A stretch of DNA of 64,000 nt from Clostridia bacterium (lineage in GTDB: Bacteria > Bacillota > DULZ01): contig DULZ01000044.1 in assembly GCA_012840125.1 (NCBI GenBank), positions 17,975 to 81,974 on the forward strand. Reading direction: 5' to 3'. A model generated the notes under the pieces. That model searched no databases. It was not told the DNA's origin and saw nothing but the letters and a program-made list of their open reading frames with translations. Shown in pieces: positions 54,822-64,000 of this stretch (positions within the stretch are counted from its first letter, which is position 1; every line of letters begins with the position of its first letter). A program made the translations under genes and the position numbers.

Positions 54822-55889
54822 ATGAAAGACTTGCTGTTCGCGTTTAACTGCATCGAAGAAAATTCGCGCCATGGATTGTTGGGAGAATGCGCCGGTCCTC
54901 ATACCGTGGAACTGCTGCATCAAACCCTCCATGCCGCCGGTCACCGGGTCTGGCCCATCAATGTGCAATCCCCGGAACAGTTGACCTCCTATCTCCAAAC
55001 CATACCCCGGCCGGTCATGGCCTTTGTCTACGCAGAAGGTTTTATCCAACAGCCTGAAACTTTATGGAATGGAGCAGGGCAGAGCCTGTTACGGGAAATA
55101 TTATCACAGCACCATATTCCTTCCACTCATTCCACGGCGGAAGTAATGCAGCTTTGCCGTCACAAGCATTTAACCTCTACCCGGTTGGCAGCCTTCGGCT
55201 TACCGGTACCCCCGTTTATTACCGGCACGCCGAGCCGGTTTTTGCTTTCCCGGGAAGAGCCTGCGCTGGACTTTCCCTTGTTTGTCAAACCCGCCAGCGG
55301 CGGCGCCAGCTTGGGTATCGACGAAAGTTCCGTAGTGTTTAACCAAAGCCAGCTCAAACGAAAAATCGAACTGCTTTACCAGCAACTGGGCGACCTGCCG
55401 GTGATAATTGAAACCTACCTGCCCGGACGCGAATATACGGTTGGGGTGATCGGCAACGAGATCAAGTACGTCCTTCCCCCCATGGCTTTTTCTCCGGAAA
55501 CGGGAATTAGGGACTTGGAAAGAAAAAGAAATCCCCTGGACAACTCCTGGGAATTTCTAGCACCGGGCGACCCGCGCTGGCACCGGATCGTGAGTTTGGC
55601 TCATGCTGCTTTTGATGCCCTGAAAGCTTCCGATGTCGTCAGGATCGATTTGAAAGAGGACAGGCACGGGAACATCCATATCATCGATGTCAACGGCACC
55701 CCCGCCCTCGGCGCCAACGCTTCCCTGGTAGCCATGGCGGAATACATTGACATCAGCTACACCCAGCTCATCAGTACCATCTTGAAGAGCAGCTATGAAC
55801 GGCACCGGCTCGACCCGCCGGGCAGGCTGCTGGAGCTGGCCGCCGAAGGCATTGACAAGCTGATCTCTTATGCCACCCTGGTGGCATGA
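54822..55889 (+). CDS. D-Ala-D-Ala-ligase-like ATP-grasp enzyme
   Basis: FVKPASGGASLGI, ETYLPGREYTVG, RIDL, DVNGTP; N-terminus not typical of Ddl. Confidence 0.75.
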   Translation: MKDLLFAFNCIEENSRHGLLGECAGPHTVELLHQTLHAAGHRVWPINVQSPEQLTSYLQTIPRPVMAFVYAEGFIQQPETLWNGAGQSLLREILSQHHIPSTHSTAEVMQLCRHKHLTSTRLAAFGLPVPPFITGTPSRFLLSREEPALDFPLFVKPASGGASLGIDESSVVFNQSQLKRKIELLYQQLGDLPVIIETYLPGREYTVGVIGNEIKYVLPPMAFSPETGIRDLERKRNPLDNSWEFLAPGDPRWHRIVSLAHAAFDALKASDVVRIDLKEDRHGNIHIIDVNGTPALGANASLVAMAEYIDISYTQLISTILKSSYERHRLDPPGRLLELAAEGIDKLISYATLVA

Positions 55890-55896
55890 CACGAGC

Positions 55897-55934
55897 AAAA
55901 AGGCCCTACCTGCACCACAGGTACGGCCTTTTTT
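55897..55934. terminator. Bidirectional terminator
   Basis: AAAAAGGCC-C-TACCTG...CAGGTA-C-GGCCTTTTT. Confidence 0.8.
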
Positions 55935-55941
55935 CATCTAT

Positions 55942-57306
55942 TTACTTAATAGCCGGCAAGCAAGCCAGGCTGGCTTTAATGAATTCTTCATTATGCTCCA
56001 CGTCTTCCATGCCGCCGGACAGGTAGTGATCATAAGCCGTCAGGTCAAAATGGCCGTGACCGCTTAAAGTAAAGAGAATAACCTTGTCCTCGCCGGCTTC
56101 CTTGGCCCGGTTGGCCTCCCGGATGGCGGCGGCAATGGCATGGGCGCTTTCCGGCGCCGGTAGGATGCCTTCTGTCTTGGCGAACAAAGTAGCTGCTTGG
56201 AAGACCTCGGTCTGGACCACAGCCAGCGCTTCCACCAACCCGTCATGGTACAGCTGGCTCACCAGGGGTGAATCCCCGTGATAGCGCAGCCCCCCGGCAT
56301 GAATCCCCGGCGGCATGAATTCATGTCCCAGAGTATACATCCTCATCAGCGGAGTCAGCTTGGCAGTATCCCCGTAATCATAAGCAAACTCCCCGCGGGT
56401 CAGGGTGGGACAGGCTGCCGGTTCCACGGCCAACAGCCGCGGCCCTTTACCGGCCAGGACATCCGGTACGAAGGGGAAAGCCGTCCCGCCAAAATTACTG
56501 CCTCCGCCGCAGCACGCAATGACCACGTCAGGATAAGCATCCACCAGGGCCAGCTGTGCTTTGGCTTCCAGGCCGATAATCGTCTGGTGCAGCACCACGT
56601 GATTCAACACGCTGCCCAGGGCGTAATTGGTATCATCCCGACCGGCGGCTTCTTCCACCGCTTCACTGATAGCAATACCCAAACTGCCCGGGTTGTCCGG
56701 GTCCTTGGCCAGGACCTGTCGCCCCGCTTCAGTCAAATTGCTGGGGCTGGGAATGACGGTAGCGCCGAAAACCTCCATTAAGGACTTGCGATAAGGCTTC
56801 TGCTGGGAGGAGATTTTCACCATGAACACCCGGCATTCCAAACCGAAATAATTGCATGCCAAGCTCAAAGCCGTACCCCACTGGCCCGCTCCCGTTTCCG
56901 TGGTGAGCCGTTTAATGCCGGCCTTCTTGTTATAGTAAGCCTGCGGGATGGAGGTGTTCAGCTTGTGGCTGCCCGCCGGGCTTACCCCTTCATACTTGTA
57001 ATAAATCTTGGCAGGCGTGTCCAGGGCTTTTTCCAATTGGAAAGCCCGGTACAAAGGCGAAGGTCTCCACAACCGGTACAATTCCTGCACTTCTTCAGGA
57101 ATGTCAATCCAACGTTCGGTGGATACTTCTTGTTTAATCAACTCTTCGGGGAAAATCGCCGCCAAATCCTGCGGGCCGGCCGGTTCCTGGGTAACCGGGT
57201 TTAGAGGCGGGGCCGGTTTATTCGGCATATCAGCCTGCACATTATACCAGCGGGTAGGCATGTCCTTTTCGGGTAAGAAAATTTTGGTTGGATGGAATTT
57301 GCTCAT
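55942..57306 (-). CDS. trpB2: Tryptophan synthase beta-like PLP enzyme TrpB2
   Basis: [51 protein letters not shown]. Confidence 0.95.
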   Translation of the reverse strand: MSKFHPTKIFLPEKDMPTRWYNVQADMPNKPAPPLNPVTQEPAGPQDLAAIFPEELIKQEVSTERWIDIPEEVQELYRLWRPSPLYRAFQLEKALDTPAKIYYKYEGVSPAGSHKLNTSIPQAYYNKKAGIKRLTTETGAGQWGTALSLACNYFGLECRVFMVKISSQQKPYRKSLMEVFGATVIPSPSNLTEAGRQVLAKDPDNPGSLGIAISEAVEEAAGRDDTNYALGSVLNHVVLHQTIIGLEAKAQLALVDAYPDVVIACCGGGSNFGGTAFPFVPDVLAGKGPRLLAVEPAACPTLTRGEFAYDYGDTAKLTPLMRMYTLGHEFMPPGIHAGGLRYHGDSPLVSQLYHDGLVEALAVVQTEVFQAATLFAKTEGILPAPESAHAIAAAIREANRAKEAGEDKVILFTLSGHGHFDLTAYDHYLSGGMEDVEHNEEFIKASLACLPAIK

Positions 57307-57455
57307 CTTTATCTCTCCTCTCCTTGTCTCATCTCGAGCACACTTGCTTGTATTGTATCCAAAATCTCCTTCCTTGTCTACTGTTTTGCCAAAAAATTCG
57401 ACTGCATGAACCTCCCCCTTTTTGCCAAAAATAAGGCTCGAGGAGGTAGTATGTC

Positions 57456-57740
57456 ATGAACCAGGTACGGGGTACTTTACCCAAGAAATCACCGGAAGGC
57501 GTCAAGGAACTCCAATCCCAATTGTGTAAACTGGGTTATGAGTTTGCCGAGGACATGGCGGAAATCTCTTTCTCCCGGCCGGGCCGCCTGGAATCAGTGC
57601 TAGCGGAAGTCACCCCTTTAGCGGAAAAGGCAGGCTGGGATGTCCGCCGGGAACTATATTTGGAAGAAACCAATCCTGAACTGACTGCCAAATCCATCTA
57701 CGAAAGGGGGCGCATCCTCAGGTTATACCCGACCCATTAA
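57456..57740 (+). CDS. Hypothetical protein
   Basis: GAGGAGG RBS; 94-aa ORF heading the spore-coat genes. Confidence 0.6.
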   Translation: MNQVRGTLPKKSPEGVKELQSQLCKLGYEFAEDMAEISFSRPGRLESVLAEVTPLAEKAGWDVRRELYLEETNPELTAKSIYERGRILRLYPTH

Positions 57741-57760
57741 ATCAAAAGGAGGTGAACCGT

Positions 57761-57958
57761 GTGCCCAACTTAACGGCCATGGAATGCTTGCTGTTAAGCG
57801 AGCATTTCAAATCTGAAACAGGCATGATCAACATGCTCCAGTATGCCGGCCAAAACACTTCCGACGCCCGCTGCCGGAAACTGTGTGAAACCATGCTGCA
57901 GGAGCATCAACAGCAGTTCCGGAGCCTGGCCCAGTATATTGAACAGATGAATTATTAA
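57761..57958 (+). CDS. Spore coat protein, Coat F/ferritin-like small protein
   Basis: LTAME.LLLSEH, YAGQNTSD..CR, HQQQF..L; GTG start after AGGAGG. Confidence 0.6.
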   Translation: MPNLTAMECLLLSEHFKSETGMINMLQYAGQNTSDARCRKLCETMLQEHQQQFRSLAQYIEQMNY

Positions 57959-57974
57959 TAAAGGAGGGGACTAA

Positions 57975-58238
57975 ATGCCTCAGCTTTCCGATAAGGACAT
58001 GATGCAAATCATCCTGGACAAGCATAAGCATTGTGCCGTAAAGCTAATCCAGCTGGCCATGGAATGTTCCGACTTCGGTCTCCGCAATGAGGTCCTCAAG
58101 ACCCTGGACATGTGTCTTAAGCACCAGCACCATACTTATGAACTGATGCGCCAGCTGGGCTGGTATCAGACCACGCCCGCCTCCCCGGATGAAATCAGGG
58201 GGCTCAAAAATCTCATCAACCAGCAAGCCATGGTATAA
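57975..58238 (+). CDS. Spore coat protein, Coat F family
   Basis: LSDKDMM, ECSD..LR, LMRQLGWYQ..PA. Confidence 0.75.
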   Translation: MPQLSDKDMMQIILDKHKHCAVKLIQLAMECSDFGLRNEVLKTLDMCLKHQHHTYELMRQLGWYQTTPASPDEIRGLKNLINQQAMV

Positions 58239-58243
58239 TGAAA

Positions 58244-58265
58244 GGGCTGTCCAATCGGACAGCCC
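58244..58265. terminator. Terminator hairpin
   Basis: GGGCTGTCC-AATC-GGACAGCCC. Confidence 0.6.
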
Positions 58266-58362
58266 CTAGGTTGTTTTAACCCGCAGAAACAAATACGCCG
58301 GCGTTCTCTTTAATTCCCCCAAAGCTTCCCTTAGGGTGACAAATTTGGGCTAGGATGAGCTG

Positions 58363-59631
58363 TTACGCACTTGATAAATCTATAATCTCACCTATTCGGG
58401 GGACAATAGCCCTAACTCCTTTCTGACGGAGCATATGAGCTAGTTCGTCCCCTTTTTCGCGCGCTACATGGGTTATAACAACTATTGGATCTCCCTTTAT
58501 CTTCCTTAACATATCCTCAATATCTTTCCAATCTGGGTGGACTTTCCATGTAAATCGAGTTACTCTAGCTTTAATCCCATCAACTGCGCCTTTAAGTACT
58601 TGATCGCCTTTTGTTCCTTCATATAAGAAACCTGTAAAAATTATGCTGTTATTCTCTGATATCCCCAAGCGGTCTATGAGCTCCTTTGTGGCACCAGAGC
58701 TACCCATGGCGTCGGTGGCCAGAATTACAGCTTCCCCTTTTTGGGGTATGTCCGAAATACGGCAAAATTCCTTGATTTTTTCATTATCACAAATATTTGT
58801 TATTTGTGCCGGACATTTTATTCCGGATCTTTCTGGGTCACGCAGAAAACCTCTTAATCCCGCAAGAATTGGAGCCTCTACATATATTGGCACATTAACC
58901 TTTAGTGCGCTGCTTAATAAAATCAAAATTTCTTGAGAGCGTCCAATGCGGGGAACGGGCAGAAGAACGCTCCCCCCCTTACTAACCGTAGCTGTAATTG
59001 CTTCCAAAAGCTGCTCATAAATACTATCCTGCCTTATAACAGCAGCCCCATATGCTCCATCCAAAACTACGGCATCAGCATGGCCGCTAAACTCAGGAGG
59101 AGAAATGAATAAGCTTGAAGTGGACCAATCGCCTGTGTATATTATTCGCTTGTCACCCCACATGATATCAAACCATGCTGAACCTGGTACGTGGCCACTG
59201 GGATTAAAGCAAATCTCGCAGTCTTTAATTTTTATCTTGACCCCGAAATCAACAGGGTGTAAGGGTAAAGATAATACATGCTCCATTTCGTAGGGCTTCT
59301 TATGCCCCATAGAATCAACTGCCTGTAACCAAGCAGAACAACTTTTGGTAACCTCCGGTACAACTAAATGATGCGTATATATCGGCCTCTGAATTCCTAA
59401 TTTTGTAAGAACCGGGAGGGCTCCGCAGTGATCTTCGTGAGCGTGGCTTAAAAAAGTAGCGTCAATACGAGTTAATAGATTAACATCCCACTGAGGGTAC
59501 TCCCCTGCCTTAAAAGCAGTAAATGTACGTTTAACGCCGCAATCCATTAGTATAAAGCCATTTCCATCCCCCAATAGAAAGCAAGAACGTCCTTGCTCGG
59601 AGACTCCTCCCCAGCAGTACAACTTTAACAT
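58363..59631 (-). CDS. Metallo-beta-lactamase/beta-CASP-type hydrolase
   Basis: HAHEDH, GHVPGS, YTGD, DGAYG, GRSQE, VHPD. Confidence 0.85.
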   Translation of the reverse strand: MLKLYCWGGVSEQGRSCFLLGDGNGFILMDCGVKRTFTAFKAGEYPQWDVNLLTRIDATFLSHAHEDHCGALPVLTKLGIQRPIYTHHLVVPEVTKSCSAWLQAVDSMGHKKPYEMEHVLSLPLHPVDFGVKIKIKDCEICFNPSGHVPGSAWFDIMWGDKRIIYTGDWSTSSLFISPPEFSGHADAVVLDGAYGAAVIRQDSIYEQLLEAITATVSKGGSVLLPVPRIGRSQEILILLSSALKVNVPIYVEAPILAGLRGFLRDPERSGIKCPAQITNICDNEKIKEFCRISDIPQKGEAVILATDAMGSSGATKELIDRLGISENNSIIFTGFLYEGTKGDQVLKGAVDGIKARVTRFTWKVHPDWKDIEDMLRKIKGDPIVVITHVAREKGDELAHMLRQKGVRAIVPRIGEIIDLSSA

Positions 59632-59744
59632 CGACTAACCCCCTGTTTCTGTGACGGCTTAAAAACAAACTTGCTTCGCCATTTAAGGATTCTATCTTTC
59701 GGCAACGCGTCGGCCCAAATAGAGCTTCCGGAAAAACTCGTTTC

Positions 59745-60989
59745 TTATGCCCCGAACTTGGATGTAAAACCCATCAAATCCATTAGAACATTGAAGAAAG
59801 CCGAGCCAGTAATTCTGCCCAATCCACCACCGGCGCAACTTCTCTCTCCGAAGTGAGTTTGCAGGTCGCTTCGTACCGCAGGTCCCCACATGGCCGCAGG
59901 AACTGGATCGCCTGAATGATCACGTATGCTACATGGAGTGGAGTGATCGCCGGTTATGGCTACATGAACACCTGCTTCTAAACCGTCCAACAAGTTCCCT
60001 ACTAGCAAGTCTAGTTTTTCTGCGACCTCTATCTTGAGGTCCCATCTTCCGTCGTGACCCGCAAGGTCTCCTGCCTTTACATGAATTACTACTAAATCGA
60101 ACTTCTTTATCAATTCTAAGGCTAACCTGGCTTTGGCCACAGGATCAAAATCATAAGAGCCGGTTATACCTTCACCTGAGAACACCTCAAGTCCCGCCAT
60201 TCTTCCTATAGCAAGCACAGTGTTTTCACCGGTTATAAGAGCTCCTTTCAGCCCTTTATAACGCTCGCCGAGGGGCGGAATAGCGTTAACAATCCCTGCG
60301 CCGCGCGTTAGGACTGCATTGGCTGGCGGTAACCCAGCCGCCTCTCTGGCAAGGTTGACTGGGTGTGCTTTCAATTTTTCTTTTGCTATATCAAGGAACT
60401 TCTGCACCAATCTAGCGGTCTTAGCAGCTTCGGGGGTATTGTCCAGCGGGCAAACTTTGCGCATTGGCTGTCCTTCACAAGCAGTACCGGGATCTGAATC
60501 AGAGACAGCTGGGCTAAGACCGGGCCCGCGGAGTACCAGTACGGCCCTATGTTCCGTACCGGCAGCGAAGAAAGCAACTGTATCTTCGCCCAAGTAAATC
60601 TTATTAAGGCAGGAGGCTAGTTCACTTGTTCCCTCTTTTATGCGGCCCGCTCTTCTGTCGACTACTATACCTTTCTCATCGATGGTGGCAAAATTACACC
60701 TGAAAGCCACATCGCCCGCCTCAAGCTGTAACCCAGCCCCCAAGGCCTCAATAGGACCACGACCCTTATAGCATTTAAAGGGATCGTATCCTAAGGCACA
60801 CAGCGTGCCTACATCTGTACCACAGGGAACCCCTGGGGCGTAGGGATCCACCAACCCAACAATACCGCTACAAGCCAGCCGGTCCAGGTTGGGAGTGTTG
60901 GCTGCTTCTAACGGCGTCTTCCCCTTCAACTCCGAAACAGGACGGTCACCAAGACCATCTGCAATTACCAGCACACCTTTTGTCTTCAT
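59745..60989 (-). CDS. ApgM-like cofactor-independent phosphoglycerate mutase family enzyme
   Basis: ADGLGD, TPLEAANTPNLD, YKGRGPIEALG, DRRAGRI, DLAGHDG, GDHSTP; GTD where GSD is expected. Confidence 0.85.
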   Translation of the reverse strand: MKTKGVLVIADGLGDRPVSELKGKTPLEAANTPNLDRLACSGIVGLVDPYAPGVPCGTDVGTLCALGYDPFKCYKGRGPIEALGAGLQLEAGDVAFRCNFATIDEKGIVVDRRAGRIKEGTSELASCLNKIYLGEDTVAFFAAGTEHRAVLVLRGPGLSPAVSDSDPGTACEGQPMRKVCPLDNTPEAAKTARLVQKFLDIAKEKLKAHPVNLAREAAGLPPANAVLTRGAGIVNAIPPLGERYKGLKGALITGENTVLAIGRMAGLEVFSGEGITGSYDFDPVAKARLALELIKKFDLVVIHVKAGDLAGHDGRWDLKIEVAEKLDLLVGNLLDGLEAGVHVAITGDHSTPCSIRDHSGDPVPAAMWGPAVRSDLQTHFGERSCAGGGLGRITGSAFFNVLMDLMGFTSKFGA

Positions 60990-61024
60990 CAGCTACTTCT
61001 CCTTTTATGCTTTTTTATGGCTGC

Positions 61025-61795
61025 TTAAAGTACCATATGCCTCCGGAAATATAGGAGCGCTCCGGCAACGAGCACAGTCGCTGCCCACGAAATTCCTGTC
61101 TTGGTAGAAGTTATTTCTTTAACATAACTCAACTCCACCTTTACGGAGGACCCTGTCGGTACACCTGGGGCATCCTCGTTGCCAGACAATTCCACAGTTA
61201 TACCGCTTGAATTATTGTCTCGTACTACTTTAAAGTCTTCCTTAGGAGAAGTGACCGCGAACACTTCACAACCCGGGGGCAAGGTAACCCTGCAAGTGTA
61301 TTTTCCTATGCCATAGGGAGTGTTGTTTTTGAAATTATAACTGAAATTCCTGAGATCGCCTCTGCTGGTTGGGCCACCTTCTGCATTTGTCTTATTGCTT
61401 TTTGCCTCTTTAAAAAGTTCCGGGACGAGATAAGTTATTTTTAGAGTTACTTCTTTAATTTCGCCGCTGTCTTTGACATTCCACTGATACCATTTATTAC
61501 CGCCATATTTTACTTCCTTGGGTTCCGGGTCTTCTACTGCAGCACCTGTAACCTCAGTCTGAACCCAGCTACCCTTTAGAGCAGGTTGGGGTAAAACTAT
61601 AGCCCCTTCGGGTCCCGGCTTTCCTTTCCAGATAACTTCTAGCTTCGCATCACCATTGGCGGAAGCCACTATCTTTTCTTCCAACTCATTATTAACTTGC
61701 TCTGCTTGCACCGGCGACGACCACTGCGCTAGGAGTATCAAGCCCAGGCAGATACTCCATACTGTTATCAATAGCCCTCTCATGAGCCCTCTCAT
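61025..61795 (-). CDS. Hypothetical exported, membrane-anchored protein
   Basis: Signal-peptide-like N-terminus, C-terminal TM helix plus RRH; RBS present. Confidence 0.7.
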   Translation of the reverse strand: MRGLMRGLLITVWSICLGLILLAQWSSPVQAEQVNNELEEKIVASANGDAKLEVIWKGKPGPEGAIVLPQPALKGSWVQTEVTGAAVEDPEPKEVKYGGNKWYQWNVKDSGEIKEVTLKITYLVPELFKEAKSNKTNAEGGPTSRGDLRNFSYNFKNNTPYGIGKYTCRVTLPPGCEVFAVTSPKEDFKVVRDNNSSGITVELSGNEDAPGVPTGSSVKVELSYVKEITSTKTGISWAATVLVAGALLYFRRHMVL

Positions 61796-61820
61796 AGAAC
61801 ACCCTCTCCCCTATTGACTT

Positions 61821-63296
61821 TTAATATAGCCCGATCCATTTAAACCACGTCACGGCGGCCAGGCACATGAGCGCGCATTTTACGAGCAACACGATTACTC
61901 CGTAGAAGAGCTGATTAGTAACGGTGAACTGGCCCGTCGAATAGAAAATCAAATTCGGCTTGCAGTTAGGCGGCAAGGTTATGCTATCAGCGATGGTGAA
62001 AGCTGCTGGTAGGGCCAAAGCCAACGGATTGTAGCCTGTCACTTTAGCCAGTTCGATTATGGTTGGTAACAAAATAGCGGTCCGAACTGTTTTGGATGTA
62101 AAGACCATATGGCTGAAACTTGATATGAATACTACTGCGGCGAATACCAGTATAAACGGTAGCTGAGACAAGTTGGCTGCTCCAAAAATACGGCTTAACG
62201 CCCACGATGCGATACCCGCATTCTCAAGAGCCATACCTACTGCGTAGGCTCCACAGCTAAAAATCATAAGATCCCAAGGGATCTGGGTCTCTTTCCAGTT
62301 CAACAGACCTGTTAGATACATGAGAGTCGCAGCCAGAATGGCAACCATTACGAGCGAAATATTAAACCCGAACATTTTTACATGGTAAGGTCCCGTTGCC
62401 CATAGGAATACTGTGAGTACAAATATACCTAAGGCCTTCCATTCTTCTCGATTCAAGCGGCCCATATTTTTTATTTCTGCTCCCATTTTTTCCAGCCCCT
62501 GGCCCTTAGGAGTTCTGACCTCAGGAGGATAGAGCAGAAGACCGATAAAGTAACCAAGTATCATAGTCATAAAGGCTATGGGCATAGCGGCCAGGAACCA
62601 CTGACCCCAACTTACGTTTACACCGGCAAGGTCTTTAAGGAATCCTACAGCCATTATTTGCGGAGCAGTAGCCGTCAAAATGCCACTAGTGCTAATATTA
62701 TTTGCCTGAAGTTCCTGAATCATCAGTAATCTACCAAAATTAGATTTACCTGGGATAGCTCCATAAGCCTCGGCTAGTGCTAAAGCCAGGGGCAACATGA
62801 TAGCAGCCCGCGCCGTAGTGGAAGGGACAACTAAGGTAATTATGAAGTTGACAATAATCATCACCAGAAGGGCCGTTTTGGCTGTCTTACCGAATTTCGT
62901 GATCATGAATAATGCCAGCCTTTTGCCTAACCCCGTTTTCTCCATACCTGAGGTAATAATAAAGGCTGCAACCATGAGCCATATTACGTCATAGCCGAAA
63001 ACACCCAGGATAGATTTTTCATCCCATGCTCCTGTAATTGCCAGCAAAACAATAGCCACCAAGGCCGTTACATATACCGGGATGGCTTCGGAAACCCATA
63101 GTATCAGGGCCAAAAAGAATACTGCGGCGGCGGCCTTGCCCTGCATCGTTACACCCGCCGGCGCAGGCATAGTGTACAACAAAGTAAAAACTATAATGGC
63201 AAGAGGCAGTCCTAAATACGTGAGCCATTTTTCAGAAGGGCTCTTATTACGTTGAGCCAATAGGTTTTTGGGAGCCGTTTTTTCTCTACTTGTCAT
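61821..63296 (-). CDS. DASS/SLC13-family Na+-coupled anion symporter
   Basis: WVSEAIP, VPSTTARAAI, TATAPQ, IPWD, TLPP..KPN; many TM helices. Confidence 0.9.
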   Translation of the reverse strand: MTSREKTAPKNLLAQRNKSPSEKWLTYLGLPLAIIVFTLLYTMPAPAGVTMQGKAAAAVFFLALILWVSEAIPVYVTALVAIVLLAITGAWDEKSILGVFGYDVIWLMVAAFIITSGMEKTGLGKRLALFMITKFGKTAKTALLVMIIVNFIITLVVPSTTARAAIMLPLALALAEAYGAIPGKSNFGRLLMIQELQANNISTSGILTATAPQIMAVGFLKDLAGVNVSWGQWFLAAMPIAFMTMILGYFIGLLLYPPEVRTPKGQGLEKMGAEIKNMGRLNREEWKALGIFVLTVFLWATGPYHVKMFGFNISLVMVAILAATLMYLTGLLNWKETQIPWDLMIFSCGAYAVGMALENAGIASWALSRIFGAANLSQLPFILVFAAVVFISSFSHMVFTSKTVRTAILLPTIIELAKVTGYNPLALALPAAFTIADSITLPPNCKPNLIFYSTGQFTVTNQLFYGVIVLLVKCALMCLAAVTWFKWIGLY

Positions 63297-63485
63297 ACCT
63301 TTTAACCTTACCTCCTTAACGTTTTAATTTTCTTAATGCTTATATCTGATTTAATATTTCTACCTATTCTCAATCTTTCTACTTAATCGCGGCCTAGTTT
63401 TTTTCTAAAGCTACATCAAGTCTTTTCAAGTAAGAGTTTATTTAGAAGGAATTCAGATGTACAATACCGAATTATTTATCTAATT

Positions 63486-63503
63486 GATAAGGCTAACCTT
63501 ATC
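63486..63503. promoter_or_regulatory. Inverted repeat in the divergent LysR/DASS promoter region
   Basis: GATAAGG-CTAA-CCTTATC; one base longer than the T-N11-A LysR rule. Confidence 0.4.
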
Positions 63504-63523
63504 GATTGGAAAGGAGTCCGGCC

Positions 63524-64000
63524 ATGACCTTAAGGCAGCTTCGTACTTTCTGCTGTGTAGTAGAAGAGGGGGCTTTTCACAAGGCCGCAGAACGCTTGTT
63601 CCTGACCCAACCAGCCGTAAGCCAACAGATAAATCTCCTTGAACGATATTATGGAACTAAGTTATTCGTGCGTAAGGGTAGAAAAATTTCCCTTACCCCG
63701 GAAGGTCGCTTCTTGTACGAACTAGCAAAACAGATTTTGTCCGCCATCGATGAAATTCCAGTAAAGTTTGAGGAGCTTCGCAGTACCGGCATAAAGACGA
63801 TATCTATAGGGGCTTCCAGTTTGACAGGAACTTATATACTCCCCACGGCCCTAAACATATATAGGAGATTGTACCCAGGTATCAAAATCTCTCTTGAAAT
63901 AGGCTATGCTAAGGATATAATTCAAAAGCTTCGTGAGCGCCAACTTGATTTTGGTTTTTTTGGAAAGCACCCAAGCTGGTCAGAAAATGGAGAGCTAAGG
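63524..64000 (+). CDS. LysR-family transcriptional regulator, truncated by the window end (not in ORF track)
   Basis: GGAAAGGAG RBS; MTLRQLRTFCCVVEEGAFHKAAERLFLTQPAVSQQINLLE...LTPEG. Confidence 0.95.
   Translation, partial: MTLRQLRTFCCVVEEGAFHKAAERLFLTQPAVSQQINLLERYYGTKLFVRKGRKISLTPEGRFLYELAKQILSAIDEIPVKFEELRSTGIKTISIGASSLTGTYILPTALNIYRRLYPGIKISLEIGYAKDIIQKLRERQLDFGFFGKHPSWSENGELR

Noticed and set aside
1-64000. The many overlapping opposite-strand or alternate-frame ORFs in the track (e.g. 1308-1877, 9259-9996, 22956-24119, 39131-39886)
   Set aside because: Shadows of GC-rich real genes: no RBS, no motifs, fully overlapping well-supported CDSs
1-64000. CRISPR array, rRNA, tRNA, integrase, transposase or phage genes
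   Set aside because: No repeat-spacer series, cloverleaf or such protein motifs seen by eye; a tRNA/Rfam scan was not possible

Overview
64 kb from an anaerobic, spore-forming, motile Firmicute (Clostridia-like), with most genes on the minus strand. Left to right: flgN-flgM and cheB-cheA-cheW; a Jag_N-FapA fusion, yigZ, cooT and a ferredoxin; a LexA-boxed imuB-like/DUF6504/dnaE2 mutagenesis cassette; a NarL-type two-component system beside two small membrane ORFs missing from the ORF track; a siroheme sulfite-reductase-like protein; a hexaheme cytochrome c lipoprotein; a yhaM-yhaO-yhaN-addB-addA nuclease operon; a small Cys-rich ORF with an in-frame TGA; the sirC-hemA-hemC-cobA/hemD-ahbCDAB heme pathway; larC; an orphan hybAB-like module; a MITE; an rnfCDGEAB-apbE-(Gx/NusG-II fusion) operon below a heme-c sensor two-component system; trpB2 and spore-coat genes; and an AT-richer LysR/DASS/ApgM-like/beta-CASP cluster. 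The best candidate for a new system is the non-canonical Rnf. RnfC has lost all FMN/NADH motifs and RnfD has lost its flavinylation motif, while RnfB, A, E and G look intact. This suggests a one-way ferredoxin-to-outside electron conduit, possibly feeding HybAB/quinone or the hexaheme cytochrome, which share Rex-like operators. All calls come from reading motifs by eye; no database searches were run.
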